A DNA stretch of 64,000 nucleotides from Eledone cirrhosa (GCA_964016885.1 OZ024757.1:18662001-18726000); one strand, 5' to 3'; shown: positions 13,138-26,276, counted from the stretch's first letter. Notes: generated by a model not told the origin, from the sequence alone. Translations and numbers: made by a program.

Positions 13138-15084
13138 ATCACCCTTGGTAATGCTGCGAGCGTATTGGCTTGCTTCCGTGTTTAGTTAACCACTAAGATA
13201 TGAGGTGCGGCCGAATGTTTCACTTGGGTGAATTGCCCCCTCCTTTTTTCTTCGCTTTCTTTTCTTCTCTGATGTTTTTTTTTTTAATCCCTTTTATCCG
13301 TTTGTGTATATATCGTTTGTTTCCGTTCTCTAAGTATTATATTTTTATGCAGCTGTGTGTAGTAAGCAGAGGCACTACTTATCGCGGCGGAACAATTGGG
13401 TTACGCTTGGTCATAAAAAACACTAGTACTGTTGAGAATGTTGACAGCATTTACATTACAAAACATAATTGTTTCTACTTTAGGCACAAGGCCAGCAATT
13501 ACCCAGTGCATTACTGGTACTTTATTTTATCGACCCCGTAAGGATGAAAGGCAAAGTCAACCTCGGCGGGATTTGAACTCTGATCATAAAGGGACGTAAC
13601 TATGCTGGAAAGCATGGCGTCAAACCCTCTACCGATACTGCCAATCCACATTACAATTAATGTTCCTGGTGAAGTTGCTTGGTTGTTTCAGAACCTTAGT
13701 CTCGCCATCACCTGGCCTTACCGAGGTGTCAAGTGATGCCCGTGAGGGTGCTTGGCTGTTTCAAAACCTTAGCCTCGCCACCATCTTGCCTACACGGCTC
13801 GCCTAATAGAGGTAACTGGCGTCAAACCCTCTACCGATACTGCCAATCCACATTACAAAACATAATACATTACAAATCGTTTGCAGTTCTTGCTGAATGA
13901 AAATATAAACAGAGCATATAAATAAATTTATAGTAGAATAACATAACAAATGTTTTAAATATATACATAAATACCATTACAAATGCTTAGACATTATAAA
14001 TAGCACGCGATTCTTTCAGAAAGATATATTCTTTTAATGGTACAATATTAAAGAAAATGTAAAGGAAGGGGTGAATAGCGGGGCCAACGCCAGAGCAAAA
14101 GACAGCAACGTCGCGAGTACTGGGCAACCTCTCTAATGATTTTTGAGACAAGCCAGCACACACGCAGCGTTGCTTCGGGTGATAGCGAGGCTGATGCGCT
14201 GAAACAGCCAAGCGCCCTCTCAAGATTCGCCAGTTACCTCTATTAGGCGAGCCGTGTAGGCAAGATGGTGGCGAGGCTAAGGTTTTGAAACAGCCAAGCA
14301 CCCTCACGGGCATCACTTGACACCTCGGTAAGGCCAGGTGATGGCGAGGCTAAGGTTCTGAAACAACCAAGCAACTTCACCAGGAACATTAATTGACACC
14401 TCGGTAAGACCCCCCCCCCCCCCCCAAAAAAAAAACTACATAGAATACCTGGAAAAATACGGTATTTTATTGAATATTTTGGTTCGTTTTTACTAGGCTA
14501 AATGGTTTCTATAGTTTTAAAGAGAGGGAAGGGGACGGTGCAGTGTGTAAAGGTATTGATGTGACTCAATTTATATATTTGCTTATTTATTCCAGGCATT
14601 GCTGATGAATGAAGAGAAAAATATCATAGGTGAGTAGATATTAAAGGTAGATGACACCTCTCATTTGCAATATTTTTATTGTATTGTTGTATCTAAGTAT
14701 TATAGATTTAAGTTTTATTTTGTATAAAAAGAAATATTGTTTCTACTTTTGGCACAAGGCCAGCAGTTATCCCAGTGCATTACTGGTACTTTATTTTATC
14801 GACCCCATAAGGATGAAAGGTAAAGTTAACCTCGGCGAGATTTGAACTCAGAGCGTAAAGGGCCGTGATTCTATGCTGCAAAGCATGCATGGTGTCTGAC
14901 TCTCTACTGGTACTGTCAATCTCTACTGCCCTTAAAGTTGTATCATATTTCTTATGAAAAGAAATATAATACAATTCTTACAGAATGAAAGCACAAACAA
15001 ATATAATATAATATAAAGGAAAGGAAAAACAAAAGAAAAAACACAGAAGCAGGTAGCACGCACAACAAAAGACAGGCGAAAGGG

Positions 15085-16440
15085 CTGGACAACTGAAAAG
15101 GTAACAGTAGCCCAACTCCCCCAAACTTCGCGAACACACAAGTGTTATATATATATATATGTGTATATTTCCCCACTACTATAAACACGCGTTGCTGTGT
15201 CTGTGTGTGTGTGTATATATGTGTGTGTATATATATATATATGTATATATATATAAAGGAAAAATCAGGACCCCGACGGCTGAGCTCCAGCCATTTCGAC
15301 AGCTAGATCCAAACTTTGTTTGCAACTTTTTTTATATAAAATCGTATGTCGAAAGAAATTATATTTGGGGAGGGTCATATTGTTATAATATTGCCAGAAA
15401 TATATAATTCAAGTTTGGGTTGGGTTGGTTTTCGCTTCCGTATATTTTACATCCCTATAGTTAATTTAGCTGGAAATCAATGTTTATCATTGATTGACCA
15501 ACTGTTAATATAGATATATATATATATAGTCTGAGTTCTTTCATCACACAACTGTAACATCATCAGTGATATTGTTTCCTCCGGTTGTATTGTAATGTTT
15601 ACTTATTCAATTGTTTTTTTATTTATTGTCTTGATTTCCAAATGTTTCTATGCGTGTTTTCTATTTGGTATCTGTTCGTGTTTGTATTCTATCTTTGGTC
15701 ACTAGTGTGTATTTGTATGGTGGTTGTTGTTCCATTTAGGTTTTTTTCTACTTCGGTTTTCTTGGTTCTATTTGAGTTGCTTCCCTAATTTGGGTTTTCT
15801 TAAAGGGTTAAAGTTTATTGATCAGGGATTTTATAGTAGATCCTGGCTTTTCTACCACTTTAATCTTTCTTAGGGCCTTTGTTTGGTTGTTGTACCATGA
15901 AGTGGATCTCCCGATCTTTTAAGAATAAATAATTGAAAAATAGAATAAGTAAACATTACAATACAACTGGAAGAAACAATAGTATCACTGATGTCAAAGG
16001 TGTGTGACGAAAGAACTCTGGCATATAGGGGTGGACAACTGAAAAGGTAACAGTAGCCCAAATGTCGCGAACACACAAGTGTTATATATATATATATATA
16101 TATGTGTGTATATTTCCCCACTACTATAAACACACGTTGCTGTGTCTGTGTGTGTATATATGTGTGTATATATATATATATATATAAAGGGAAAATCAGG
16201 ACCCCCGACGGCTGAGCTCCAGCCATTTCGACAGCTAGATCCAAACTTTGTTTGCAACGTTTTTTTTATATAAAATCGTATGTCGAAAGAAATTATATTT
16301 GGGGAGGGTCATATTGTTATAATATTGCCAGAAATATATAATAAAACAGTTTGGGTTGGGTTGGTTTTCGCTTCCGTATATTTTACATCCCTATAGTTAA
16401 TTTAGCTGGCAATCAATGTTTATCATTGATTGACCAACTG

Positions 16441-16532
<92 letters not shown>

Positions 16533-17185
16533 GAGTTCTTTCATCACACACCTGTGACATCAGTGATATTGTTTCCTCCGGTTGTATTGTAATGTTTACT
16601 TATTCAATTGTTTTTTTATTTGTCTTGATTTCCAAATGTTTCTATGCGTGTTTTCTATTTGGTATCTGTTCGTGTTTGTATTCTATCTTTGGTTACTAGT
16701 GTGTATTTGTATAGTGGTTGTTGTTCCATTTAGGTTTTGTTCTACTTCGGTTTTCTTGGTTCTATTTGAGTTGCTTCCCTAATTTGGGTTTTCTTAAAGG
16801 GTTAAAGTTTATTGATCAGGGATTTTATAGTAGATCCTGGCTTTTCTACCACTTTAATCTTTCTTCGGGCCTTTGTTTGGTTGTTGTACCATGAAGTGGA
16901 TCTCCCTATCTTTTAAGAATAAATAATTGAAAAATAGAATAAGTAAACATTACAATACAACAGGAAGTAACAATAGTATCACTGATGTCAAAGGTGTGTG
17001 ACGAAAGAACTCTGGGATATAAATATATATATATATATATAACTGTTGGTCAATCAATAAAACATTGATTGCGAGTTAAATTAACTATAGGGATAGATAT
17101 AAAATATATGGAAGAGAAAACCAACCCAAACCAAAAAGTTTTATTATTTCTGGCAATATAATAATAATATCCCCCACCCCAAATA
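15085..17185 (-). mobile_element. Penelope-like element remnant with inverted pLTR-like arms, inside a ~945-bp tandem duplication
   Basis: Minus 15910-15750 reads SWYNNQTKALRKIKVVEKPGSTIKSLINKL*PFKKTQIREATQIE (PLE linker and GIY-YIG tail motifs, internally deleted). Arms 16295-16620 and 16918-17185 are inverted. Degenerate hammerhead core at 15528-15572. Confidence 0.6.
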
Positions 17186-17272
17186 TATATATATATATAT
17201 ATCTATATATATATATAGAGAAGTGGATGAATACTATTTAGAGAATTGTTTAATAACTGCTTGCTTCGCTAC

Positions 17273-17323
<51 letters not shown>

Positions 17324-17477
17324 TTATGTATGTATATGTATTCCCCATTTCTCTTTTTCTATTTATTTATTTTTGAAATAACTTTGTATAGTAATGTGCT
17401 AGAGTGGTTTGATGTTGTACCTCTGTAGTTAGACGACATAGATTTTTCCATGCATTATGGCGTGAAGCGAATGAGAG

Positions 17478-17678
17478 TACAAGACTCCACCGTGGACAGG
17501 GCGCCAGTCCATCGAAGGTTTAAACCCTCAGCTATTGCTGGTACTCATTTTCAGCTGAGTTTACTGGAGCAACGTGAAATGAAGTGTTTTGCTCAAGAAC
17601 ACAACACAACCCAGGAATCGAACCCGCAACTTTGTGATCGTAAGTCCAACACCCTTACCACTAGGCCACGTGCCTCCA
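17478..17678 (-). mobile_element. SINE family 2 (CORE/V-domain-like)
   Basis: Minus strand: GTGGCCTAGTGGT A-box, GGTTCGATTCC B-box, TGTTCTTGAGCAAAACACTTCA. Other copies at about 7700-7800, 21655-22030 and 22312-22450. Confidence 0.7.
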
Positions 17679-17741
17679 CACACATATATGTTACCCCTCT
17701 ACAACTACACGCATACTGATATCCCCCCCCCTGTTCAAAAT

Positions 17742-17915
17742 ACCCCACACACTCACCATGTTAGCCCCACACTCTCTGCATGTTAGCCCCCACACTCTCT
17801 CCATGTTAGCCCCCCACACTCTCTCCATGTTAGCCCCCCACACTCTCTCCATGTTAGCCTCCCACACTCTCTCCATGTTAGCCCCCACACTCTCTCCATG
17901 TTAGCCCCCCACACT
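17742..17915. repeat. About 24-bp minisatellite
   Basis: Unit GCCCCCCACACTCTCTCCATGTTA. Confidence 0.9.
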
Positions 17916-18241
17916 CAACAAATTACCCCCCCCCCTCCTACTCACACACACACACACTGTTCATATAACAAATATTGTTTTAATTTTGTAGTGACCCAGT
18001 CCTGGCAACCTTACAGAAGGGGACGTCATTGTTCTGGCTGACCACACCAATACCCAGCCATTTGCCCTCTGTCAACATAAGCGTAAATATTATCTCAATG
18101 AGATTGGTCTGGTTGTCTACCGTCTCCAGTTTAAACTGACCGGAGATGGTAAATAACAGTGTATAGTTATGGTAAGTATTGTTAGTTTATATTAAGGTTG
18201 TGTATATGTATGTTTGTTTGTGTGTTTGTATATATATTTAA

Positions 18242-18457
18242 CCCTTTAGCATTCACATTCCTCTATATCTACTATTGTATTTTCACAGTAAAGACTTTAC
18301 CTCACATAATTATTCCCATCGCAGCTGAGATTTTGATGATATTATTAACTTTGAAAACAATACCTTAACATCAGTATGTGTGGCTAGTTACGGTCGGTTT
18401 GAACAGAAAGAGGTGAGAGAATTCTGGCCGGATATAGCCGGTTTAAATGCTAAAGGG
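18242..18457. mobile_element. piggyBac-type MITE
   Basis: TTAA|CCCTTTAGCATT ... AATGCTAAAGGG|TTAA. Confidence 0.85.
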
Positions 18458-18770
18458 TTAAACATGCGTATGTGTTGTGTCTGTCTCTCTCTGAAAAGAT
18501 GGGCTCTACCAGGTTTATAAATGCCCAAGGCACACAGTGCTTCTCTATGGCACCCCGACTCCTCCAAGAGTTGGGACGCAGACACACACATGTGCAAGTA
18601 GAAGGGAGAGACACGCATACATGTATGTGTCTCTCTCCCATCTCGTGTTCTCTCTCCCTTGTACTTGGGCGCACGTGCACACACACACACGCAATCTAAT
18701 TCTCCCTCCCTTCCTTCCTTTCCTTAGCCACAATAACCTCCCACCACCACCACGAAAATTCAGCCACAAA

Positions 18771-18862
18771 TACAGGGTGACCCCCCCCCCCCCCCAAAAT
18801 GCATACACATATCTATTAGAATATTGTTGAAGTGTGTATACATTTTTGGGGGACACCCTGTA
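18771..18862. mobile_element. Tiny Tc1/mariner-type MITE
   Basis: TACAGGGTG.CCCC..AAAATGCATACAC / GTGTATACATTTTTGGGGGACACCCTGTA. Confidence 0.7.
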
Positions 18863-19147
18863 TAAGATACATAAATAAAATAAATAAAACTCATAACCTT
18901 CTCACCCCTGGTGGTGTTTTTTTCTTAGAAGGGTGAAACAACTGGTCACTACCAAATAGAAATGTGCCAGAGGGAAGGAGTGATGCTATTGATCAAACAA
19001 AAGCCAGGAGTGTCATCTGTCCCTCTCCTGTACTGAAGGAGTCTACCAGTGATGTTTATACCAACAGGTTTGTGATATCTATATTATCTATACATATTAG
19101 TATATTGGTCAAGTGGTATATTTGATTCTTATATATACATATATTTA

Positions 19148-19978
19148 TCATCATGCGTCTGCTTTTTCCTGCTTGCAAGGGTGGGACGGGTCCAAATCAG
19201 CACAGCACGTCTCCATCGTCACTGTCCTTTGTCGTCCTCTCTGTGAACTTCAGTGATCTGAGGTCAGCTCTCACCACCTCCGCCTATGATTTTCGTGGTC
19301 TTCTACTGCGTCTTTCTTCTACTGCGTCTTTCTTCTACTGCGTCTTTCTTCTACTGCGTCTTTCTTCTACTGCGTCTTTCTTCTACTGCGTCTTTCTTCT
19401 ACTGCGTCTTTCTTCTACTGCGTCTTTCTTCTACTGCGTCTTTCTTCTACTGCGTCTTTCTTCTACTGCGTCTTTCTTCTACTGCGTCTTTCTTCTACTG
19501 CGTCTTTCTTCTACTGCGTCTTTCTTCTACTGCGTCTTTCTTCTACTGCGTCTTTCTTCTACTGCGTCTTTCTTCTACTGCGTCTTTCTTCTACTGCGTC
19601 TTTCTTCTACTGCGTCTTTCTTCTACTGCGTCTTTCTTCTACTGCGTCTTTCTTCTACTGCGTCTTTCTTCTACTGCGTCTTCCTTCTACTGGGATTTCT
19701 TGGCACTTCTTTACCCAGCGGTCATCCTCCATGCGCATCACATGTCCATACCATCGCAGTCTACTCTCCTGCACACCACAACTTATCCCTCTTAAAACCC
19801 AGTTTCTTTTTCAATTCGTCTATACTTGGTCGTTCACACACATTGACATTGCACATCCAACGGAGCATGCTTGATTCATTTCTCTCCAGCCGTCGCATAT
19901 CCTCTGCAGTTGCTGCCCATCTCACACAGGCATCATATAACTGGCCTTCCGTTCGTAGGGAGAAACCCTTTGTCAACA
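19148..19978 (-). mobile_element. RTE LINE 3' fragment split by a 16-bp tandem repeat (19302-19691, about 24 copies)
   Basis: KGFSLRTEGQLYDACVR..ATAEDMRRLERNESSMLRWMCNV; GATGAT tail; unit TTCTACTGCGTCTTTC. Confidence 0.85.
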
Positions 19979-20165
19979 GAATGATATAGAAATGACTTCT
20001 ACAGGACTAGAACTGTTTCATTTCAAGGAAATCGGGGCTTTCCTGGTGATTTCCTTCGAATGAAACAGTTCTAGTCCTGTAGAAGCTATTTCTATATTAT
20101 ATTTTGTATATAATCTACTAATGTATTGAGTACTTTACCTACTGTGGTTAACCCCTTGATTGAAC

Positions 20166-20444
20166 CTTCCAGCTGTTAAAGCAAAGTCAAAATTAGTTCT
20201 GTATGAGCAAGACGGTCACCTGACCTGGCATTGCCCACAATAGGACAACTCGTCTAACCCATGCTAGTGTAGAAAAATGGACATTAAATGGTGATTATAT
20301 ATTATGTGTATAATCACCATTTAATGTCCATTTTTCTACGCTAGCATGGGTTAGACGAGTTGTCCTATCGTGGGCAATGCCAGGTCAGGTGACCATGTCT
20401 TGCTCATACAGAACTAATTTTGGCTTCGCTTTAACAGCTGGAAG
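20166..20444. repeat. Near-perfect palindrome (arms about 135 bp) of retroposon 3' ends
   Basis: CTTCCAGCTGTTAAAGC...GGTGATTATA, then a short loop, then TATAATCACC...GCTTTAACAGCTGGAAG. Confidence 0.9.
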
Positions 20445-20524
20445 CCTTTCCAAACACTAACCTCATTTACAGTGAGTACTGTTTATTTTGTATGTCGTGA
20501 CCCCTACCCCTTGGTCAAAATCAG

Positions 20525-21410
20525 TGAGATCGATAAAATACACCACTAATATACAGGGGTCGATTTAACCGACTTTCTCCTCCCCCGCAAAGTCGATTTA
20601 ATCGACTTTCTCCTCCCCCACAAAATTGTTGGCCTTGTGCCTAAATCAAACAATTATTAATCCCGTTGAGGCTAGCTTTGCCTTTCATCCTCGCGGGGTC
20701 GATAAAATCTTGATACAGGAAGTTTTTGTCTAAAATTTAGAAATAATCTGGATTACTCCCTATTTTCCAACCGTCCTGTATTAAATATTTAGGACCATGT
20801 CGGTGGATTGGCAGTATCGGTAGAGGGTCGGACGCCATGCTTTCCAGCATAGTTACGTCCCTTTACGGTCTGAGTTCAAATCCCGCCGAGGTTAACTTTG
20901 CCTTTCATCTTTACGGGGTCGATAAAATAAAGTACCAGTAATGCACTGGGTAATTGCTGGCCTTGTGCCTAAAGTAGAAACAATTAAATATTTAGGACCA
21001 TGTCGTTGGTATGTGGCAGATAGTTCCGGTTCTTTATGTTCTGAGTTCAAATCCCACTGAAGTTAGCTTTGCCTTTCATCCTTATGTGGTTGATAAAATC
21101 AAGTACCAGTAATGCACTGGAGTCTATTCAATCAACTTTACCCTCCCCCAAACAATTGTTGGCTTTTTGCCTAAATCAGAAACCATTTTTTTTTTTTTTT
21201 AAGGTGGATTGACATTCTATAGAGCGCCAGATAACATGATTTGGAGCATAGTTATGGCCCTTTACGTTCTGAGTTCAAATCCCACTGAGGTTAGGTTTGC
21301 CTTTCATCCTTACGGGAGTCAATAAAGTACCAGTAATGCACTAGTGTCTATTCAATCAACCTTCCCCTTCCCCCAAATTGTTGACTTTGGGTCTAAACTA
21401 GAAACCATTA
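20525..21410 (+). mobile_element. Cluster of SINE family-1 copies
   Basis: Young copy at about 20803-20982 flanked by ATTAAATATTTAGGACCATGTCG at 20780-20802 and 20983-21005. Confidence 0.85.
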
Positions 21411-22798
21411 CTTTTTTCATTAGAGAAAAGAAACCCTGGCCAGATTCTTCGAGGTTGTCCAACTTTTCAAACATTGGAAATGTTTTGATGACTGACGCTG
21501 CCAGTGAGACTGTCTGACTCTATTGTAATGTCGATACGGTACAAAGTAGAGGGAAACTGGGCACTGGCCACCCTCACTGCTATGCTTATTGGTTAAGTAT
21601 CAAACACATTTATTGTTTTCTCTTTGTATTTCTTTTAACCAGGTTCTAATCATGTGGAGCCGTGTGGCCGAGTGGTTAGGGTGTTGAACTTGTGATGGGT
21701 TCGATTTCTGTGTTGTGTTCTTGAGAGCAAAATACTTTATTTCATGTTGCTCCAGTATTCTCAATTGAAAATGAGAACCAGCAATAACTGGGGGTTTAAC
21801 CCTGTAATGGACTGGCATCCTGTCCAGAAGGGAGTCTTCTACTGTCACTTCAGGCCACGGAAACCGGGTTAAGCAGTGGCCTGATGGGTTGTGTTCTGTT
21901 CCTTGAGCAAAACACTTCATTTCACGTTGCTCCAGTATACTCAGGTGAAAATGAGTGCCTGTAATAGCTGGAGATTTAACCTTGTGATAGACAGGCATCC
22001 TGTCCAGGGGGAGTATTATACCCACTTCAGGCCATGGAAACGCAGTGGCCTGTTGAGACCCCTGACTCAGGACAGACTTCAGACGGGACCCATTGGAAGG
22101 AGTGTTTGAGGACTCTGACCCCACGACCCTCTCAGGAATAAGTGGCAAAAGTATTATTATTATTGTTTTATTTCAGATTCTCAGACAGCAGCGAAAGGTA
22201 TCACTCCCATCTGGTGTTTAGTGGACTACAGACAGTCTAAAGTTGCCATTCTTATTAATGGGTGAGTCTCAAAGTTTATGGTATTTCTAAACTGCATTTA
22301 CATGTGTTTAAATGGAGGCACATGGCTTAGTGGTTAGAGCATTGGACATGCAATCGAAAGGTTGAGAATTCAATTCTCAGACCGGGTGATGTTGTTTCCT
22401 TGAGCAAGACACTTTATTTCACATTGCTCCAGTTTACTCAGCTGTAGAAATGAGATGATAGGGACTGGGGTCCCTATCATTCCACTGCAAAGTGGTCGTG
22501 GAGGTGCCACGGCAAAAAAGCACCCAGCACTCACTGTAAATCAAGCCAGAATCGGTTCCCTAAAATGAAATGATGATGATGATGATCTTATACATGTTTC
22601 TTTATCTTTCTCAGGTGTGGAAATGGATCAGTTATACCTAAAGGTTCTGGTTTCAATGTGGCTGGCTATGTGTCTTGGAGTCCAACATTCAGATTACCTT
22701 TAGAAGAATCCAGTCAAACTCCTCTAGAGATCAAACTTAATTTCGGTTATTGTAAAGACAAATGTGATGAGGCAAGCACAAGATATTATTTAATTTAA

Positions 22799-23014
22799 CC
22801 CTTTAGCATTTAATTTATTCTATACTTACTACTGTATTTTTGTGATAAAGGCTTCATTTTACATAATTATCTATGTAATATCAAATCAGAGATTTTGATG
22901 TCATTGATTTTGAGAACAATACCTTAACATCCGTATGAGCAGCCAGTTACAACTGGTTTGAACAAAGAGGTGAGAGAATTCTGGCTGGATATGACTAGTT
23001 TAAATGCGAAAGGG
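22799..23014. mobile_element. piggyBac-type MITE (second copy)
   Basis: TTAA|CCCTTTAGCATT ... AATGCGAAAGGG|TTAA; homologous to 18242-18457. Confidence 0.85.
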
Positions 23015-23051
23015 TTAAAACATTTTCATATATAGAAAAATGTTAATAGTT

Positions 23052-23320
23052 TTCTTCTTCTTTGCCCACTTATTCCTTTGAGGGTCATGGGGAGATTCCC
23101 TAAACACTCCTTTCAGTGGGTCCTGACAGAAGCAATTGTCTCCAACTGATCTGGCTGGATCCCCAAGCAAGACCAGCTAAGCTCATGGATGATATGCTAC
23201 CATCTTGCTTGGGATCTAACCTTGAGTCTCCTGTCAGTTGGTTTTGCCCATAAAATCTGTCCAGTGATTCTTTCCTGAGACATTCCAACCACATGCCCAT
23301 AGTATCGGAGCAGTGATCTC
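23052..23320 (-). mobile_element. RTE LINE 3' end
   Basis: Degenerate RLRPKARW..IIH.L.WSCLGI motif and (GAA)n tail. Confidence 0.55.
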
Positions 23321-23534
23321 TAGTTTTCTTTCAAACTATATTTTTTTCTTAAATTTAATTAAAAGAAATTTTATTAGATTTACTTTCGGATAATTCTGTT
23401 TACATAAATTGCAAATCTTTTGATAATTTATGTAAAGTAAATATTGTATATACTGGTATATATGTTGAGAAATGTGACATATTTTGATTTCACCAACTTA
23501 AAAATTATATGTAAATGAGGTGCTAAAATATTTT

Positions 23535-24618
23535 CGCTTTGGAGATGAATGTTGCACCAGTTTCACTTTGGCGGTGAATATTACACCAGTTTTTTCACTT
23601 TCTAGGTGGATATTGCACCAGTTTACACTTTGGAGGTGAATATTACACTAGTTTCACTTTGGAATATTACACTAGTTTCACTTTGGAATATTACACTAGT
23701 TTCACTTTGGAATATTACACTAGTTTCACTTTGGAATATTACACTAGTTTCACTTTGGAATATTACACCAGTTTCACTTTGGAATATTACACCAGTTTCA
23801 CTTTGGAATATTACACCAGTTTTTCACTATGGAGGTGAATATATTACACCAGCTTCACTTTGGAGGTGAATATATTACACCAGCTTCACTTTGGAGGTGA
23901 ATATATTACACCAGCTTCACTTTGGAGGTGAATATATTACACCAGTTTCACTTTGGAGGTGAATATATTACACCAGTTTCACTTTGGAGGTGACTATATT
24001 ACAGCAGCTTCACTTTGGAATATTACAGCAGCTTCACTTTGGAATATTACACCAGTTTCACTTTGGAATATTACACCAGTTTCACTTTGGAATATTACAC
24101 CAGTTTCACTTTGGAATATTACACCAGTTTCACTTTGGAATATTACACCAGTTTCACTTTGGAATATTACACCAGTTTCACTTTGGAATATTACACCAGT
24201 TTCACTTTGGAATATTACACCAGTTTTTCACTATGGAGGTGAATATATTACACCAGCTTCACTTTGGAGGTGAATATATTACACCAGTTTCACTTTGGAG
24301 GTGAATATATTACACCAGTTTCACTTTGGAGGTGAATATATTACACCAGTTTCACTTTGGAATATTACACCAGTTTCACTTTGGAATATTACACCAGTTT
24401 CACTTTGGAATATTACACCAGTTTCACTTTGGAATATTACACCAGTTTCACTTTGGAATATTACACCAGTTTCACTTTGGAATATTACACCAGTTTCACT
24501 TTGGAATATTACACCAGTTTTCACTTTGGAATATTACACCAGTTTTCACTTTGGAATATTACACCAGTTTTCACTATGGAGGTGAATATATTACACCAGT
24601 TTTTCACTTTGCAGGTGA
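23535..24618. repeat. 24/31-bp two-unit minisatellite
   Basis: TTGGAATATTACACCAGTTTCACT interleaved with GGAGGTGAATATATTACACCAGCTTCACTTT. Confidence 0.95.
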
Positions 24619-24885
24619 AATTTATTATTGGTATTATATTTGATGTTTTTAATGAATGACCTTGAAATCAATCAGAAAATGGTAACTCTTTACATAAAGA
24701 AGTGAAATAAAAACTATACTCTAAATGACACTTAAAACATTTTAAATATCTAAATATTAAAACTTCATAAATATATTCTCTACTCATGAGAATTTCAAAC
24801 TGTCATGTGTTGATTAGCCACCATGGCTTATAAATGGCATTTGGATTCTGTCCTATTTCTCATATAAAAAAGGAATGGCTTATAA

Positions 24886-25867
24886 TACACACACAATTAC
24901 ACCACACTCTCACTACACACCACATACCCACACACCATGTGCACACACCACGCTATACACATCATTCACCACACATACTCTACACACCACACATTACCTT
25001 CTACACGCCACACTACACACCACACTACACACTACATTACACACTACACTACACACTGCACTACACACTACACTACGCACTGCACACTACACCACACTAC
25101 ACACTACACACTACACACCGCACTACACACCACACTACGCACTACACACTACACTACACTACACTGCATTACACACCACACTACACAACACCACACTACA
25201 CAACACTACACTACACCACACTACACACTACACTACACTGCACTACACACTACACTACACTGCACTACACACCACACTACACACTACACTACACTGCACT
25301 ACACACTGCACTACACTACACTACACTACACTACACTACACACTACACTTCCCTGCACTACACACTGCACTGCACGACACACTACACTGCACTACACACT
25401 ACACTGCACTACACACTACACTGCACTACACACCGCACTGCACTACGCACTGCACTGCACTACACACCACACTACACTACACACAACACACCACACTGCA
25501 CTACACATCACACTACACACTGCACTGCACACTGCACACTACACTACACACTACACACTACACACTGCACTACACACTACACCACACTACACACTGCACT
25601 GCACTGCACCACACTACACACTGCACTGCACTGCACTACACTACACACCACACTACACTGCACTACANNNNNNNNNNNNNNNNNNNNNNNNNNNNNNNNN
25701 NNNNNNNNNNNNNNNNNNNNNNNNNNNNNNNNNNNNNNNNNNNNNNNNNNNNNNNNNNNNNNNNNNNNNNNNNNNNNNNNNNNNNNNNNNNNNNNNNNNN
25801 NNNNNNNNNNNNNNNNNNNNNNNNNNNNNNNNNNNNNNNNNNNNNNNNNNNNNNNNNNNNNNNNNNN
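24886..25867. repeat. (ACACT/GCACT)n repeat ending in a 200-N assembly gap (25668-25867)
   Basis: Visible directly. Confidence 0.95.
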
Positions 25868-26000
25868 CCTTCTCCTCAGGAGCACAGAGAGAGGGTGCTC
25901 CCTTGATCTTTCATCTTTCTCACCTACAGTCTGATGTAGAGTGAAGGCCCATTCACACGGGCCATTCTCGCCACTTTCACCCATCTTTCATTGAAATGGA
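25868..26000 (-). mobile_element. Tx1-like LINE 3' fragment
   Basis: ERWVKVARMARVNGPSLYIRL* is identical to the end of ORF 54288-55073. Confidence 0.85.
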
Positions 26001-26005
26001 TGGGT

Positions 26006-26077
<72 letters not shown>

Positions 26078-26165
26078 ATGGCGGATGAGTGATTGCTAAA
26101 AATATTGGAATAATTTACTATCATCCATCACTCTTCCCCCTCTCTATCTATCTCTTCATCCACCT

Positions 26166-26212
<47 letters not shown>

Positions 26213-26214
26213 CT

Positions 26215-26276
<62 letters not shown>

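Larger units (their letters stand above)
14596..22771 (+). pseudogene. Unprocessed pseudogene (or mis-assembled gene) for a mollusc vitelline-envelope ZP-domain protein (VEZP/VERL-like)
   Basis: Exons 14596-14629, 17992-18171, 18929-19067, 21424-21591, 22177-22261 and 22615-22771 have AG acceptors and GT donors (last donor GC). The last two splice in frame to DSQTAAKGITPIWCLVDYRQSKVAILINGCGNGSVIPKGSGFNVAGYVSWSPTFRLP...NFGYCKDKCDE, a ZP-C pattern (GI.P..C...IL..GCG.G.V....GF...SP.F...NF..C...CD). The middle three exons have lengths incompatible with their phases, plus TAA at 18154 and TGA at 21515. Confidence 0.75.

Noticed and set aside
20803-20890. tRNA gene
   Set aside because: A and B boxes belong to SINE heads; no cloverleaf.
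18154-21517. Rescue of ZP-gene stops by A-to-I editing or selenocysteine
   Set aside because: Frameshifts in the same exons cannot be repaired this way.
23535-24618. CRISPR-like or coding repeat
   Set aside because: No unique spacers; simple minisatellite.
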